Shown: positions 19,052-30,283, counted from the first letter of the stretch. The stretch is 64,000 bases of DNA from an uncultured bacterium (GCA_964460785.1 CAYWQB010000001.1:515234-579233); one strand, 5' to 3'. Made by a program: numbers and translations. The notes: generated by a model from the sequence alone, not told the origin.

Positions 19052-20623
19052 CTACCGGCTAACATTTAGGAGCTGCTCTAAAAGTGGCTCCTGAGTGCTG
19101 GTATGGGGAGTTTCTAAAAACTTTCCTTGTACAGAGCCTCCTAGCCCCTTACTGGAATGATGCACTTGCACCCAAAAAGAATCCTTTAGGTCATCCCCTT
19201 CTGCAACATGTTGCAGACGAATTTTATGCTCCTGGGACCATAGTAAAACCAACTTCCGGACATCTCTCACAAAAAACATACACAAAGGAACTAGCTCACC
19301 TAGTCCTTTTTGCCCTTTCAACTGCACCTGCAAAAGGCTTGCTTGAGCAAGTAGAAGCTTAAGCCGCTCCTCCATAGAGTTTTTCTCATTTTTGAGAGAC
19401 TTGACTTTTTGTAAATCTAGTAAAAGTTGATCAGCCAGCAATAGAAGTTCTATTGCTGGCTCTTGGCTTTCGACTTGCAAATAGTTTTCTAGCCAAAAAG
19501 ATAGAAAATCTTGATAGCGCCTTCCCTGCCATTGAGACTGGCCTGCAGCCCAGAGAACTCCTCGAAAATATGAACACTTTCTAGGGAGGAAGCGAGTCAT
19601 CAATATAGGCCCTATGGAGCTTTTCCTTTCTAAAAGAGAGGTCATTTCCTGATGAAGGCTCAGCATAGGGGTTGGCCATAACCCTTCCCCCCAATTGACC
19701 CCTCCTGTATTCAGTAAAATTGTCATAGGCAGCCTAGACTCTCGCTTTAGCACGGAAAGAAAAGGATTTGTTTGGGTAGAAACTTGATCGCCTCTGCCAA
19801 TATAAGGAGCAACAACCAAAGAAAGGTTTTGGGGTGCATAGTCTATCAGCTCTTCAGACCACTCTAAAGCACGATTTGCATCATATAATTGATGAAGATC
19901 GAGGTGAAAAAGGACCTTTTTATGACCTGCTGCTTGGCTCCAGACATCCATTTGTTGCAAAAGACGATCTTGAAAAGGGGTCCGCTCATCAAAAGTCAGA
20001 GCCATTTTTGCAAAAACTAAGATCCCATCGAGCTCTTGAAAAGAGGACTCTAAATCCTCTTTTAATGCTTGAGACCTGCTTTGCAAGTCTTTCATTGAGG
20101 GAGGCTCATCTAGAGAAGGGGTAACGAGTGCATATAAGTGAATCCCATACGCTTTTAATCGACTGAGAAAGGTTTTCACTTTGGCATGGTTTGTAGTGCC
20201 TATAGGGTTTTTCCAAGGATCCCCAAGAATCAAACCATTTAGCCCCATTCCTAAGAGGGTGAGCGCATAGCGATCCGCCATTGTGGTGATTTCATCATGA
20301 GATTGCTCATCAAATGATGGAAGGCTTATCCCTCCTGAAGAAGCTGCATACTCCTCGCCAAAAAGCCACAGAGGGCGCAGAGAAAACTTGGGCTTTTGCT
20401 CTCCTTGGATAAGCAATTTGCCTGCTGAGCGATCTACTACAGATAGCTGCAAAGCTGCTTCAGCTAAAGCTTGACTATCTCTTGCCTCTACGTAATAAAC
20501 ATCTTTTTCTGTTGAAACAGAGTACTGTATGGAAGAGTTAACGAATTGCGCATTGAGCTTTGAAACAAACTTGCCTCGATTAAATCCAGCTTGTAAAAGC
20601 GCTTTTTCCCAAATCTGATTCAT
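19052..20623 (-). CDS. conserved-looking hypothetical protein (possibly a glycoside-hydrolase-like barrel; unassigned)
   Basis: Long uninterrupted ORF. I placed the start at ATG 20623 (MNQIWEK), which is preceded by GTGAGGG. The track start at 20656 is a TTG only 20 nt from the divergent gene. Confidence 0.6.
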   Translation of the reverse strand: MNQIWEKALLQAGFNRGKFVSKLNAQFVNSSIQYSVSTEKDVYYVEARDSQALAEAALQLSVVDRSAGKLLIQGEQKPKFSLRPLWLFGEEYAASSGGISLPSFDEQSHDEITTMADRYALTLLGMGLNGLILGDPWKNPIGTTNHAKVKTFLSRLKAYGIHLYALVTPSLDEPPSMKDLQSRSQALKEDLESSFQELDGILVFAKMALTFDERTPFQDRLLQQMDVWSQAAGHKKVLFHLDLHQLYDANRALEWSEELIDYAPQNLSLVVAPYIGRGDQVSTQTNPFLSVLKRESRLPMTILLNTGGVNWGEGLWPTPMLSLHQEMTSLLERKSSIGPILMTRFLPRKCSYFRGVLWAAGQSQWQGRRYQDFLSFWLENYLQVESQEPAIELLLLADQLLLDLQKVKSLKNEKNSMEERLKLLLAQASLLQVQLKGQKGLGELVPLCMFFVRDVRKLVLLWSQEHKIRLQHVAEGDDLKDSFWVQVHHSSKGLGGSVQGKFLETPHTSTQEPLLEQLLNVSR

Positions 20624-20676
20624 AGTACCCTCACTTTTCAAAGAAGTCTGTCGCAACCACTGGTAATTTTCAAATA

Positions 20677-21138
20677 ATGCAACATTTGATTTTTCTTTTC
20701 TTACTTTTCCTCACAACTTTGACAGGGTGTCAACAGCGCATGCTTGATGTCTCTACGCTATTTTTTTCTTATCAGGATCTAGCTAGTACACATGCCATCA
20801 CTCCTGATCCGCTTAAGGTTGATACAGACCTCCCCCGAGAAGAGGTAATTCTATACTGGAATATTCCTGCACACCTCTTCCAGTCCGAAGAAGTAAAAGC
20901 CAGCTTAGACTTACGCTTTGGCAACCGCCAGGAAAAAACCATTACTATCCCCATTTCAGAAAGAAGGGACCATTACACTTATCGCATGTCTGGAAGCTTT
21001 CTAAAGAAAGTTGACTACCTTGTAACCTATAAGGCAGAGCTCTACACTGCTTCAGGGAAGCTTCTCGCCACCTATGCGCATCCACTATGGGTAGACCGCT
21101 TGACAATACAGGAACAGGAAGTAGACTCTTCGCCTTAA
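20677..21138 (+). CDS. small lipoprotein, function unknown
   Basis: 153 aa with a signal peptide plus lipobox (LTTLTGC). Confidence 0.6.
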   Translation: MQHLIFLFLLFLTTLTGCQQRMLDVSTLFFSYQDLASTHAITPDPLKVDTDLPREEVILYWNIPAHLFQSEEVKASLDLRFGNRQEKTITIPISERRDHYTYRMSGSFLKKVDYLVTYKAELYTASGKLLATYAHPLWVDRLTIQEQEVDSSP

Positions 21139-22514
21139 ATCATCTGCTTAGGATCCACATACTGAGTAAATTCTTCTTCTGAAAGCAAACCTAAAGATAA
21201 AGCGGCTTCCTTTAAGCTGATTCGCTCATTGTATGCCTTTTTAGCAATCATGCTGGCTTTATCGTAGCCAATCTTTTTATTCAGAGCTGTGACTAACATT
21301 AAAGAATTGTTCAGTAGAGATTCTGTGCGCTCGACATCAACTGTGAGGCCTTGCAAGCAGCGCTCAGTAAAACTTGCTGCAGCATCTGCTAAAAGATGAA
21401 TCGACTGAAGCAGGTTATAAATAATCACTGGCTTGAAAACATTGAGCTCAAAGTTTCCCTGGCTTGCGGCAAAAGCAATTGTTGTATCATTGCCCATTAC
21501 TTGCGCACAAACCATGGTAAGAGCTTCGCATTGAGTGGGGTTTACTTTCCCAGGCATAATGGATGAGCCAGGTTCATTCGCCGGTAGGACAAGCTCTCCT
21601 ATTCCACAGCGAGGGCCTGACCCCAAAAAGCGAATGTCTTGAGCAATTTTAAAAAGAGCACAAGCCAGTCCCTTCAGAGCTCCACTTAGTAAGGCACACC
21701 CATCATGAGCGGCAATCATGGAAAACTTATTCTCAGCTTCAGTCACAGGAAAGGAGACTAAAGAAGAGAGGACTTCTGCCGTGCGCTTTCCAAAGTTTTG
21801 TGGAGTATTTATTCCCGTCCCTACAGCTGTACCTCCAAGGGGAATCGCAGCTAGTCGTTCTTCTTGGATCTGCACAGAGCGCAAAGCTTCTTCTACTTGG
21901 GCAATATATCCCGAAAAGACCTGCCCAAAAGTCAGAGGTGTTGCATCCATTAGATGCGTTCGCCCAATTTTAATAATGGAAGCAAATTCTTTTTTCTTTG
22001 TTTTTAAAACTTCTAAGAACTGCTGAATCTTCGGATAAAAATCGTTCTGCATTGCACGGCGCACAGAAAGGTGCATGGCAGCAGGAAAGCTATCATTTGA
22101 TGATTGGGAGGCGTTGACATCATCGTTGGGGTGCACAGGCTGCTTAGAGCCTTTTTTCCCACCCATGATTTCTATTGCTCGATTTGCAATCACCTCATTT
22201 ACATTCATATTGGTCTGTGTACCGGACCCTGTCTGCCAAACAGCAAGAGGAAAATGTTCATTCAAAGACCCTGAGAGGATCTCATCTGCTGCCTGTTTGA
22301 TTGCTTCGAGCTTTGTAGGATCTAATGCTCCCATCTCGACATTGACAATGGCACACGCTTTTTTTATCAGCGCATAGCTTTCTACAACTTCTAAAGGCAT
22401 CTTTTCAGAACCTATCGGGAAGTTCATTAGGGAGCGCTGTGTCTGTGCTCCCCAATAGACTGCATCATCAACGGCTACTTCACCAAGAGAGTCCTTTTCG
22501 ATCCGTACGCCCAT
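21135..22514 (-). CDS. fumC: class II fumarate hydratase
   Basis: Signature [16 protein letters not shown]. The start is at ATG 22514 ([13 protein letters not shown]), preceded by AAGGAG that overlaps the atpK stop codon. Confidence 0.95.
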   Translation of the reverse strand: MGVRIEKDSLGEVAVDDAVYWGAQTQRSLMNFPIGSEKMPLEVVESYALIKKACAIVNVEMGALDPTKLEAIKQAADEILSGSLNEHFPLAVWQTGSGTQTNMNVNEVIANRAIEIMGGKKGSKQPVHPNDDVNASQSSNDSFPAAMHLSVRRAMQNDFYPKIQQFLEVLKTKKKEFASIIKIGRTHLMDATPLTFGQVFSGYIAQVEEALRSVQIQEERLAAIPLGGTAVGTGINTPQNFGKRTAEVLSSLVSFPVTEAENKFSMIAAHDGCALLSGALKGLACALFKIAQDIRFLGSGPRCGIGELVLPANEPGSSIMPGKVNPTQCEALTMVCAQVMGNDTTIAFAASQGNFELNVFKPVIIYNLLQSIHLLADAAASFTERCLQGLTVDVERTESLLNNSLMLVTALNKKIGYDKASMIAKKAYNERISLKEAALSLGLLSEEEFTQYVDPKQMI

Positions 22515-22524
22515 GAGCAGCTCC

Positions 22525-22947
22525 TTACATAATGAGTAAAGCAAATACGAAAGCAAATAGAGCAAAAGACTCTACAATACCAATCGCAGCAAAGCATTTA
22601 CCAAATACATCAGGCTGTTTCGCAGAAGCTTGAATACCTGAAGCAGCACATCGTCCTTGGTAAATAGCAGATGCCATAATTGCCAAGCCACATGCTAAGC
22701 CAATCCCTACCCCTGACATAGCAGACAGAGTGCCGGCTTTAATGCTTTTACTCATCAAAAGCATGAGAATAAATCCATAGATAGATTGTGACGAAGGAGC
22801 AGCACTCATACCAATGAATTTACCATGCCCCTCATCTACTCGACTCATTGCTCCATGTGAAGCCATGCCAGCGATCCCACAACCAATTGAGCTACCCAAG
22901 CAACTCAACCCCAGCGCTAGTGCTGGTCCGACCATACTAAAATCCAT
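22525..22947 (-). CDS. atpK: V-type ATPase proteolipid subunit K
   Basis: 140 aa with four hydrophobic helices and a conserved Glu in the last helix (GIVESFALF). AGGAG lies 8 nt upstream. Confidence 0.85.
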   Translation of the reverse strand: MDFSMVGPALALGLSCLGSSIGCGIAGMASHGAMSRVDEGHGKFIGMSAAPSSQSIYGFILMLLMSKSIKAGTLSAMSGVGIGLACGLAIMASAIYQGRCAASGIQASAKQPDVFGKCFAAIGIVESFALFAFVFALLIM

Positions 22948-22966
22948 AATGGAAACTCCTTGTTAA

Positions 22967-24895
22967 CTATGATCCTTTCGGCACCTTCAATAGCTGAAGA
23001 GGACGGAATTCCTTTCCTCCTCCCTCAAATGAATAGTGGTACCACTCGAGAAAATTTAATCGTAAACCGTGCAAAACACCACTCATGACATTGAGAGTGA
23101 TATTGACAAGGTGACCCACAAGTATAATGAGCCAACCAACTGAGAGGCCTGCAGCCATCCCCATATCATTAAATGTGCTGCTCATAATCCCCCCAGCAAG
23201 TCCTAGAGCATAAAGCCGTAAGTAGGACAGCACATCTGCAAAAACCTGTATGATATTTGTAATCTCTGTCACTCCCTCAAGCCGCTTTTGCACAATTGCA
23301 AGAACAACTGCGAGGCCAATACCTCCATAAAGCAGAAGCTCTCCAATGTGGGCTCCCCCTGCCTTGGGTATCCCCAAAGCAAAGTGTAGCATGGAGCTTG
23401 CATCTAAAATAGCAACAGGGAAAAAAAGGTAGGCCCCCACCATGAACAGAGCCCAGCCGGCATTGGCCCAAGACCGCAACAGATAGCGCAAAAGCCCTAG
23501 AATGACATGCAAAGTCCCTATCAGTACAGAGAACTCCAACATAATATTATCAGTAAATTTATCCAGCATGACGAACTGCTCTTGGCCATCGACAACTGCT
23601 TTTGCTTTTTCTAAAACAGCCTTAGGAGCATGCACACCCTTAATAGAAGGAAAGTGTTCAACCCAGTACTGATATACATCATCCTGATGATCCATATGAT
23701 AAGCTATTTTCTTTTCAGCAAGCCACTGTGTCAGAGAGATATCTCGTACAGGGTTGTGAATACCTATATCAATCCCAAAGAAAGAAGTTGTCAGTACTCC
23801 CCAAATCATGCAAGAGATCCCTAGCATTCCTAGCAGTTTCACCATCCGCTGCCCTGTTCCTGCTAAGGAAGGAAAGCGCCACTTCAGCAAACAAGCCAGC
23901 AAAAAGAAAATCATGCCGTACCCTGCATCTCCCACAATAATAGCGAAGAAGAGTGCAAAAGCCCATAAAACCCACCCTGAAGGATCTCTATCTCCAAATG
24001 ATGGAGTATCATAAACACCGATCACATCCTGACCAATCCGAGCAAATCCCCTATTTTCTAGGTAAGTGGGTGGCCGATCCCTGTCATCGACTCGAACAGG
24101 CTCATAACTGACAGCATACCGAGAGGCTGCAGCTTCTAGGTCTTTTAAGCGATTTCTAGGAACCCACCCTTCAACAGCAAAAATTTGTCCTCCGACAAGT
24201 CCCTCTGTCATGTTTTGTACACTATCTAAGTTATGTGCATTGAGCAGGTGGATATAGTAGTCATCGACGACTTTGCGACAGCTAGCAAAGCTACGCAGTT
24301 CATTAGAAATCTCTTTTAAGCGTACTTTTACTTCTCGAGCGCGTGCTTTTAACTTCCCTATAGGGGTTTCAATAAAAAGCTCTATTACCCCTGGGTAACT
24401 TTCTTTCTCTGGGCTAATGGAGATGAAGTAATCTAATGACCCTTCTCGCTTAACTGGAATCAGCTCAGGGTACTTTTTACATAGCTCTTCAAAGCGATCT
24501 TTTGCCTTGCTCACAAAAAACTGAACAGAGCGTCCACTTGTTTCTTCAATCCACTGCAAGTCATCGATAGAAAAATCTCCAAAGGGAGCAACTCGAGCCT
24601 CTTCAAGACGGATATAGCGCTCTTCTTCCTGCAATTTTTCTTGCTCTGCTTGTAAAGAGAGAACTTCTGATACAACTTTCTCTGGACTCTGTAATTCTTT
24701 CTGCGGGAGAGGCTGCAACTTATGCAAAAGGTGAGCTACACGGTATACATCTTGCACTTCACGAGGAGCTCGGGATAATGTCTTTTCTCCCCGATTAATA
24801 AACTCCACCACTCCTGCTTTTTGACAGGCAGAAAAAAATGCTTCCTGCTGTTCTTTCGCCCCAACAAAAAGCAGCTTTTGGACATCAATGCGCAT
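22967..24895 (-). CDS. atpI: V-type ATPase subunit I (membrane a-type subunit)
   Basis: 642 aa with a cytoplasmic N-terminal half and a polytopic C-terminal half containing LSYLRLYALGLAG. Confidence 0.9.
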   Translation of the reverse strand: MRIDVQKLLFVGAKEQQEAFFSACQKAGVVEFINRGEKTLSRAPREVQDVYRVAHLLHKLQPLPQKELQSPEKVVSEVLSLQAEQEKLQEEERYIRLEEARVAPFGDFSIDDLQWIEETSGRSVQFFVSKAKDRFEELCKKYPELIPVKREGSLDYFISISPEKESYPGVIELFIETPIGKLKARAREVKVRLKEISNELRSFASCRKVVDDYYIHLLNAHNLDSVQNMTEGLVGGQIFAVEGWVPRNRLKDLEAAASRYAVSYEPVRVDDRDRPPTYLENRGFARIGQDVIGVYDTPSFGDRDPSGWVLWAFALFFAIIVGDAGYGMIFFLLACLLKWRFPSLAGTGQRMVKLLGMLGISCMIWGVLTTSFFGIDIGIHNPVRDISLTQWLAEKKIAYHMDHQDDVYQYWVEHFPSIKGVHAPKAVLEKAKAVVDGQEQFVMLDKFTDNIMLEFSVLIGTLHVILGLLRYLLRSWANAGWALFMVGAYLFFPVAILDASSMLHFALGIPKAGGAHIGELLLYGGIGLAVVLAIVQKRLEGVTEITNIIQVFADVLSYLRLYALGLAGGIMSSTFNDMGMAAGLSVGWLIILVGHLVNITLNVMSGVLHGLRLNFLEWYHYSFEGGGKEFRPLQLLKVPKGS

Positions 24896-25508
24896 GCTGT
24901 TCCGCCTTTTTTGTTAGGATCTTTCGCTTTGCTGCCTTAGCTTGCGCTACTGCTGCAAGCTCTTGATCGCCCAGGAAAATTTTGATCCTTTTAATATTCT
25001 TTTTTGCTCTAGGAATTAGAACTTTTTCAAAGAGATTTACACGAATAGAGACATCTCTTAGTTCTTTTTCCAAAGCCGCCTTTTTCTCTTCAGCGATGGT
25101 AACTTTTGCTTTTGAGGTAACCAGTTGACGAATGCCAGCAACCACTGCATCTAGCCAACTAGGTGTTGCAAATAGGGAGTACTCTAAAGGAGAAAACTCG
25201 ACTCTTCTTAGCTCTGGGACATCCACTCCTGCAATATTCTCATAGTCCCGCACAACCTGCTGAACGTTTGCTACATTTTCAATATTCAGGCCAATATGCA
25301 AGCTTGTTAGCAGTTTGCTGTATGCGTTGACATGCTTTTTCTCTTCATCCAAAGCTCTCTTTAAAGAGTCTATCTCCAGCTTTACTTCCACAACTTGTGT
25401 TTGTAGCATCGCTTTTTTTAGCTGAAGAGTCGGCAAATAGCGATTGAGCTGGTTAAGAGAGACTTGCTGCTCTCTTAAAGAGTTCTTGGTGAGCTTTACT
25501 TCTGCCAC
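24885..25508 (-). CDS. atpD: V-type ATPase subunit D
   Basis: 207 aa, coiled-coil rich, starting MAEVKLTKNSLREQQ. It has a GTG start with AGGAG 7 nt upstream. Confidence 0.9.
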   Translation of the reverse strand: MAEVKLTKNSLREQQVSLNQLNRYLPTLQLKKAMLQTQVVEVKLEIDSLKRALDEEKKHVNAYSKLLTSLHIGLNIENVANVQQVVRDYENIAGVDVPELRRVEFSPLEYSLFATPSWLDAVVAGIRQLVTSKAKVTIAEEKKAALEKELRDVSIRVNLFEKVLIPRAKKNIKRIKIFLGDQELAAVAQAKAAKRKILTKKAEQHAH

Positions 25509-25512
25509 AGGG

Positions 25513-26823
25513 CTACTCCTTGTGCCAATATTTCTCTGTCAGGCTCTTTTTAATCCCCACCTCCTCTGACTCAAAACAACCGCCTAAAATCTTCCATCCC
25601 ATGTCTAGAGCTTCTTCTATTGTATAGTTCACCTCTAGATTCATCATCTCTGCTTCAAACAGGTCTGAGTATTTGAGGAGCTTTTGGTCCCACTTGGATA
25701 GCTTAAAGCCCATGCCTTGACGCTCTCGAGCTTTTTTTGATTCGGCATACAGGCGAATCATTGCGTTGGCTAAATCTCCATGATCTTCTCGTGTTACCTT
25801 CCCGATTACCATCTGCTTGAGGCGAGAAAGAGAGCCAAAGGGATCAATACGTCCGCCGTGCAAGTAGAACTGCCCTTCTGTAATATACCCGGTATTATCG
25901 GGAATCGGATGGGTAACATCTCCCCCTGGCATGGTGGTAGCAGCAATCACTGTGATTGATCCAGCCCCTGCAATATCCACAGCTTTTTCATAACGAGCTG
26001 CCAGATCAGAGTAAAGAGACCCTGGGTAACCTCTATTGGAGGGTACCTGGTCCATCGTAATTGCAATTTCTTTTAGGGAGTCTGCGAAGGCCGTCATGTC
26101 TGTCATAAGGACCAAAACATTTTTCCCTTCTACGGCGAAGTTTTCTGCACAAGCAAGAGCCATATCGGGAACGAGCATACACTCTACAGCAGGGTCTACT
26201 GCACGATGAATAAACATAACTGTTTTATTCATCGATCCAGATTGCTCTGCATTATCAATGAATGCTTGGTAGTCTGCATAGGTCAATCCCATCCCTGCAA
26301 TCACGACAACATCAGCATCTGTTTGGTTTGCAATACGCATAAGTAAGGGGTTATAGGGCTCTCCGGCAATAGAAAATACTGGAATCTTCTGCGACTTAAC
26401 CAAGCAGTTGAACACATCAATCATAGGGATGTTGGTGCGAACCATGTCTCTTGGAACAATACGGCGTGCAGGATTAAAGGAAGGGCGACCAATATCAACG
26501 GCCTTTCCAACCACTTCAGGGCCATTATCAATGGGAGTGCCATCACCGCGCAAACAGCGCCCTAGAAGCTGTGAGCCATAAGTAGCCTGCATTTGCTTAC
26601 CCAAAAAGGTTACCTTATCCCCTGTAGAGATCCCTCGGGTCTGGCTGAATACCTGAAGAGTCACTAAGTCATGATCCAAGCTCAGTACAGATGCATATGT
26701 TGAGCGCCCATCACTCATATCGATACGGGCAAGCTCTCCTAAAGAGACCCCTTCTGCACGTACAGAGACGAGGCTTCCTCTAATATCTTCTATTCTTTCA
26801 TATACCATTTTCATATGCGACAA
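25513..26823 (-). CDS. atpB: V-type ATPase subunit B
   Basis: 436 aa with typical B-subunit blocks ([17 protein letters not shown]-like, ITEGQFYL). The track start is TTG 26823; ATG 26814 is an alternative. Confidence 0.95.
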   Translation of the reverse strand: MSHMKMVYERIEDIRGSLVSVRAEGVSLGELARIDMSDGRSTYASVLSLDHDLVTLQVFSQTRGISTGDKVTFLGKQMQATYGSQLLGRCLRGDGTPIDNGPEVVGKAVDIGRPSFNPARRIVPRDMVRTNIPMIDVFNCLVKSQKIPVFSIAGEPYNPLLMRIANQTDADVVVIAGMGLTYADYQAFIDNAEQSGSMNKTVMFIHRAVDPAVECMLVPDMALACAENFAVEGKNVLVLMTDMTAFADSLKEIAITMDQVPSNRGYPGSLYSDLAARYEKAVDIAGAGSITVIAATTMPGGDVTHPIPDNTGYITEGQFYLHGGRIDPFGSLSRLKQMVIGKVTREDHGDLANAMIRLYAESKKARERQGMGFKLSKWDQKLLKYSDLFEAEMMNLEVNYTIEEALDMGWKILGGCFESEEVGIKKSLTEKYWHKE

Positions 26824-26830
26824 CCTCTAT

Positions 26831-28606
26831 CTATCCCTGGGAAGCCCTAGCTATTTTCCCTTCAATGGAGTTCCAAGCTTTTTGGTACTCATTCGACTCG
26901 AAAGGAAGAAAGTTTAGGTTTTTAATTTCGTTTTGCAGGTTGATAAAATAGACCCTCGCTTCATCATGTGAAGAGAAGGCAAATTCTGTACGAAAAATAC
27001 GATCAACAAGTGAAAAAAGAGGCTTTTGTCTTTCTAAAGGACAGTAGGCATCTTCTTTATCGAAAGCATTTTGCTGTAAGTAAGCGAAGTCATAAAGTTC
27101 CGCTTTAAGATAGGTAATTAAGTCTTCTATCGCGGTTCCTTCTTCACCAACAACTTCCATCCTCTTTCCAATTTCATCACCAAGACGAAGCATTTGTGAG
27201 GCGCGACGCACCATTTCCCCCCACCCTTCGACATCGTGCTCTAGCTCTTTTGCACAAAGTCCTACATACTTTGACCAAGACTGCAGTGTATCGATTGCTG
27301 GATAGCGGCGTGCATCTGAGCGCGCTCGAGAAAGACCATGAAACGCTCCTACGACCGCAAGTGTCGACTGAGTCACAGGTTCTTCGAAGTTACCACCTGC
27401 AGGAGAGACAGACCCTCCAATTGTTACGGAGCCTTGAGAGCCATCTTTCAACTGGAGACATCCTGCGCGCTCATAAAAGGCTGCAATACGTGAAGCCAGG
27501 TACGCAGGGAAGGCTTCCTCTCCTGGAATTTCTTCCAAGCGGCCAGACATTTCTCTCAAAGCCTGAGCCCAACGAGACGTTGAGTCTGCTAGAAGTAGGA
27601 TATCTAGACCCATTTGCCGGTAATATTCAGCAAGGGTGATCCCCATGTAAATGGAAGCTTCTCGGGCAGCGACGGGCATAGAGGAGGTATTACAAATGAT
27701 TGCGGTGCGGTTCATTAGCGTTTCGCCAGTGTGGGGGTCTTCAAGCTCTGGGAACTCCTGAAGAATCTCCACAACTTCTCCTGCCCGCTCGCCACAAGCA
27801 ACAACAATCACAACATCTACAGCTGAGTACTTGGACAGATGATGCTGAATCACAGTTTTTCCTGCTCCAAAAGGCCCAGGCGTACAAAATGTCCCTCCCT
27901 TAACGACAGGTACTTGGGTGTCAATCACACGCAGCCCGGTATCCATCATTTTTGAGCCTCGCACACGCTCACCACACATCAAACCGCTCTTTACAGGCCA
28001 TGTTTGAACCATTGTAAAGGAGTGCTCTTTTCCAGACTCATCGGTTGCTTTTGCTACGACTGTATCGACAGTATAATCCCCTGGCTCAATCGTCCAGGTC
28101 AATGTATAGCGCCCATAAAGCTTAAATGGCACCATCACTCGGTGTGTGAAGCGCCCTTCTGGAGTTGTGCCTAGAGAGTCTCCTCTTTCTAAGACATCTC
28201 CAACAGATGCAGTGGGAGAGTAAGCCCATTTCTTTTTACGATCTAGAGGCTTTAGATAAAGCCCGCGTGGTAAGAAAACCCCTGAAGCTTCTGCAACTTC
28301 TTCCAAGGGGTTTTGCAAACCATCTACCACACTTGAAAGGACACCAGGCCCTAGTTCTGCCTCTAACAGTTCATTGGTGAAGCTCACATGAGCTCCAACA
28401 GAGACTTCTCGGGTATCTTCATATACCTGGATCTTTACGAAGTCTCCAGCGACTTCGATAACTTCACTTTTTAGAGCCACATCACCCACATGTACGTAGG
28501 CAACTTCTCCTTGCTTCACAGTCCCCTCGTACTGCACTTGCAACAGGTTCCCAAATGCTCGCTTCACCGAGCCTTTTGCGTGAGCAGTTTCTGCTACCGT
28601 GGTCAT
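26831..28606 (-). CDS. atpA: V-type ATPase catalytic subunit A
   Basis: 591 aa with Walker A GPFGAGKTV and the blocks ADSTSRWAQALREMSGRLEE and PGEEAFPAYL. Confidence 0.95.
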   Translation of the reverse strand: MTTVAETAHAKGSVKRAFGNLLQVQYEGTVKQGEVAYVHVGDVALKSEVIEVAGDFVKIQVYEDTREVSVGAHVSFTNELLEAELGPGVLSSVVDGLQNPLEEVAEASGVFLPRGLYLKPLDRKKKWAYSPTASVGDVLERGDSLGTTPEGRFTHRVMVPFKLYGRYTLTWTIEPGDYTVDTVVAKATDESGKEHSFTMVQTWPVKSGLMCGERVRGSKMMDTGLRVIDTQVPVVKGGTFCTPGPFGAGKTVIQHHLSKYSAVDVVIVVACGERAGEVVEILQEFPELEDPHTGETLMNRTAIICNTSSMPVAAREASIYMGITLAEYYRQMGLDILLLADSTSRWAQALREMSGRLEEIPGEEAFPAYLASRIAAFYERAGCLQLKDGSQGSVTIGGSVSPAGGNFEEPVTQSTLAVVGAFHGLSRARSDARRYPAIDTLQSWSKYVGLCAKELEHDVEGWGEMVRRASQMLRLGDEIGKRMEVVGEEGTAIEDLITYLKAELYDFAYLQQNAFDKEDAYCPLERQKPLFSLVDRIFRTEFAFSSHDEARVYFINLQNEIKNLNFLPFESNEYQKAWNSIEGKIARASQG

Positions 28607-29382
28607 GCTTCTTCCTTCAAGATATCTTCTACTAATTCTTTACTTTTGGATGCATCCAAAGCGAACCAACGCTCTAGAGCCCCAAGCTTTAATCCATAAG
28701 CTAATACATACTCTGTGGAGAAGACTTTTGTCTCCATAGCCTCTGATAAATAGTCCCACTCAAATGCCAAAACTCCCTTAGCAAGTTCTAAAGGAGAGGT
28801 CTCCTCTTCACTAAATAGGCGTTTTAAAGGCTCAAATTCTAGGGGGGGCTCATAACTTTGAGCATCTTTTTGAGCTAAGATTTGTGCAACAATAGGGTCA
28901 CTAGGGTCTTCATAGCGCAACTCTGGCTCTACAGGAACCCCGATGCGCTTCGCGCGCAGTGCGGTGATCACAAGCCGCAAGCTTCGAGCAAAGTGAAGAT
29001 ACGCAGCCACAAACCCATCTTGCTGCTGGCTTTCAACTACAAAATATTGCGCTAGCAAAGAGGGATAGTGCTTGATTCGATCTTCGACTTCATCATGAGA
29101 GTCTAAAAAGCTTAAAACATATTCTGGGAATCCCGTTTTATCCTGTAAATGTGCTTCTAGCTCTACCTTTGAATACAGACCTCGATCATCCCATGGTGTT
29201 CCCACATAGAGCGAACGGATATTTTCCAAGTCTGTAAGGTGCATCAGCGTTTTCAGTTGCTGCCACTCCTTGGCAGGCAAGTTTTCCTTACACATAAGAG
29301 AAAACTCTTGAAAGGAGAGTTGAGGAGCCTCCTGACGTTTCAGAGGAGGCAGGGCTGATACGAGATAAAATAAACTAGCCAT
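28603..29382 (-). CDS. V-ATPase-operon protein of unknown function (I recall this family as DUF2764; possible subunit C/d analog)
   Basis: 259 aa located between atpE and atpA, with a 4-nt overlap to atpA. As I recall, chlamydial and Bacteroidota V-ATPase operons have a hypothetical gene at the same position. Confidence 0.6.
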   Translation of the reverse strand: MASLFYLVSALPPLKRQEAPQLSFQEFSLMCKENLPAKEWQQLKTLMHLTDLENIRSLYVGTPWDDRGLYSKVELEAHLQDKTGFPEYVLSFLDSHDEVEDRIKHYPSLLAQYFVVESQQQDGFVAAYLHFARSLRLVITALRAKRIGVPVEPELRYEDPSDPIVAQILAQKDAQSYEPPLEFEPLKRLFSEEETSPLELAKGVLAFEWDYLSEAMETKVFSTEYVLAYGLKLGALERWFALDASKSKELVEDILKEEA

Positions 29383-29386
29383 ATGC

Positions 29387-30001
29387 TTAGGAAAAAAACA
29401 GGTCTCTAAAATCTTTGCGAACGTAACTTCCCAGCAGCTGAGCTACTGTCTGATCAGACATATCAAGGGTGAGATACTCATCTTTTAAAATCAGTTTAAA
29501 GCCACCCTTTAAAGGTTGAGACTCCATTTTGATTCTTTGTAAAGCTTCTTGCCCAATCTCTTCTGCAAGCTTCTTACTATCAACACATTGAGGAATAATC
29601 AGCTCTAGCGATGCTCCCATGCCTTGCTTTTCAATGGCTGCAACTAAGCTTGTCACGAGTTTTGCAAGGCTCGGCTCATCACACAAAGCATTTGCGACCT
29701 TCTCCCCCAACAACTTTTGAAACAAGTTGGTTTCAATCTCTTGTCGGAGAGCTTCTTGCGCCTGCTTTGCGGCCTGATTCATATTGCTCTGAAGAATCTC
29801 TTTGTCTTTTTTTGCTTGCTTTCGAGCTTGCTCCACAATCTCTGCCGCTTGCTGCTTGGCATCAGAGACAATTTTTTCTGCGCTTTTTTCTGCTTCAGCA
29901 ATTAAGCGATCAGCCTCTTCTCTTGCAGGCTCTAATGTATCTCGCTTAATCAGGTCACAGATTTCCTGAATCTTGTTTTTACTACTCTTTAGATCATTCA
30001 T
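29387..30001 (-). CDS. atpE: V-type ATPase subunit E
   Basis: 204 aa with a long charged N-terminal helix (AEAEKSAEKIVSDAKQQAAEIVEQARKQAKKDKE). It is the first gene of the operon. Confidence 0.8.
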   Translation of the reverse strand: MNDLKSSKNKIQEICDLIKRDTLEPAREEADRLIAEAEKSAEKIVSDAKQQAAEIVEQARKQAKKDKEILQSNMNQAAKQAQEALRQEIETNLFQKLLGEKVANALCDEPSLAKLVTSLVAAIEKQGMGASLELIIPQCVDSKKLAEEIGQEALQRIKMESQPLKGGFKLILKDEYLTLDMSDQTVAQLLGSYVRKDFRDLFFS

Positions 30002-30283
30002 AAGCCACTTACTCTGTTTGCTCTACATTCCCCTCGCGAGAGGCTAGGACCTTAACCCATGGCGGGTTAACTTTCCATGAGAAAAAATTTCTCACCTACC
30101 ACCTGTCGTAGCCAGGTTTTCCTAAACCCCATTTTCTTTCAATGTTTTAATTGATTCTTGGGCTGCATAAAAAGAGCTTGCGGTCAGAAGTAACAGAGAA
30201 TAAATGACCATAGAAAAAATATCGAACTTCGTTCAAAATGTAGATAAGCTATTTGTAATTTAGAACTTTTTCAGGGAGAGGTT

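Noticed and set aside
13766-29949. Antisense ORFs lie inside the AGCS, nhaD, fumC and V-ATPase genes. Examples are 14749-15111, 17234-17611, 21718-22026, 22075-22377, 27196-27639 and 29611-29949.
   Set aside because: These are shadow ORFs of long, confidently assigned genes. No independent support is visible.
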